Positions 63,678 to 64,000 of a stretch of 64,000 nucleotides of DNA are shown piece after piece. Origin of the DNA: Eledone cirrhosa. Taxonomy: Eukaryota. The notes below the pieces were generated by a model. It was not told where the DNA came from, searched no databases, and was given only the letters and a program-made list of their open reading frames with translations. The number at the start of each line of letters is the position of its first letter. The stretch's first letter is position 1. The stretch covers positions 14,880,001-14,944,000 of the forward strand of contig OZ024743.1 of assembly GCA_964016885.1 (NCBI GenBank). The letters are read 5' to 3'. The translations under genes and the position numbers were made by a program.

Positions 63678-63999
63678 ATTAAAAACACTCATCAGACGTA
63701 CCGACGAGTTCATCAAGCGAATTAGATGGAGGGCCTTCTTCCTCGACAACCCTGATGTAGCATCTACCCATGATGAGAAGTTCGGCTTCAAAACGAATAA
63801 GACACCACCCACCAACAGCCTACTCCAACCATTTGAAGAAGACCTCTTCAAGATGATCAAGGATATTAAATTCCATAGAGCCACCACACCATTCCAGGCC
63901 TACGTAAATGCCGAATTACGGAATATAAAAAAATCCCCTAATCTTTATGTCTCCTCCGATAAAACCAAAAACGTTTATGAGGTAGACCCACAGACCTAA
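63678..63999 (+). pseudogene. N-terminal region of a Naiad-type PLE ORF (TAA at 63997, window edge)
   Basis: LIRRTDEFIKRIRWRAFF...FGFKT..TPP...FEEDL..MI.DI.F...FQ...SDKTKN.Y. Confidence 0.75.
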
Positions 64000-64000
64000 A

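Overview
Eukaryotic, AT-rich, microsatellite-dense, almost gene-free DNA. The OR-type CORE-SINEs and the repeat content suggest a cephalopod, probably Octopus (inference). About half the window is non-LTR retrotransposons in two clusters (0.3-19.7 kb and 43.4-52.7 kb). There an APE-type Tx1/L1 family and RLE-type R4/Dong families sit end to end, almost always separated by (TAA)n, and always antiparallel. The middle holds a Tc1 IR/DR transposon, hAT and piggyBac-type MITEs, SINEs and several Naiad-type Penelope-like elements (PLEs). One PLE is bracketed by ~0.9-kb inverted pLTRs. Further right are an RTE fragment and Helitron remnants. The most striking unexplained structure is a dozen or so fold-back palindromes, most next to (TA)n tracts. 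Three sequence-unrelated ones, plus a weaker fourth, carry minimal type I hammerhead ribozyme motifs pointing outward on both arms. The only host-gene signal is two small candidate exons near 36.6-37.3 kb. All identities and pairings were judged by eye; no database searches were run.
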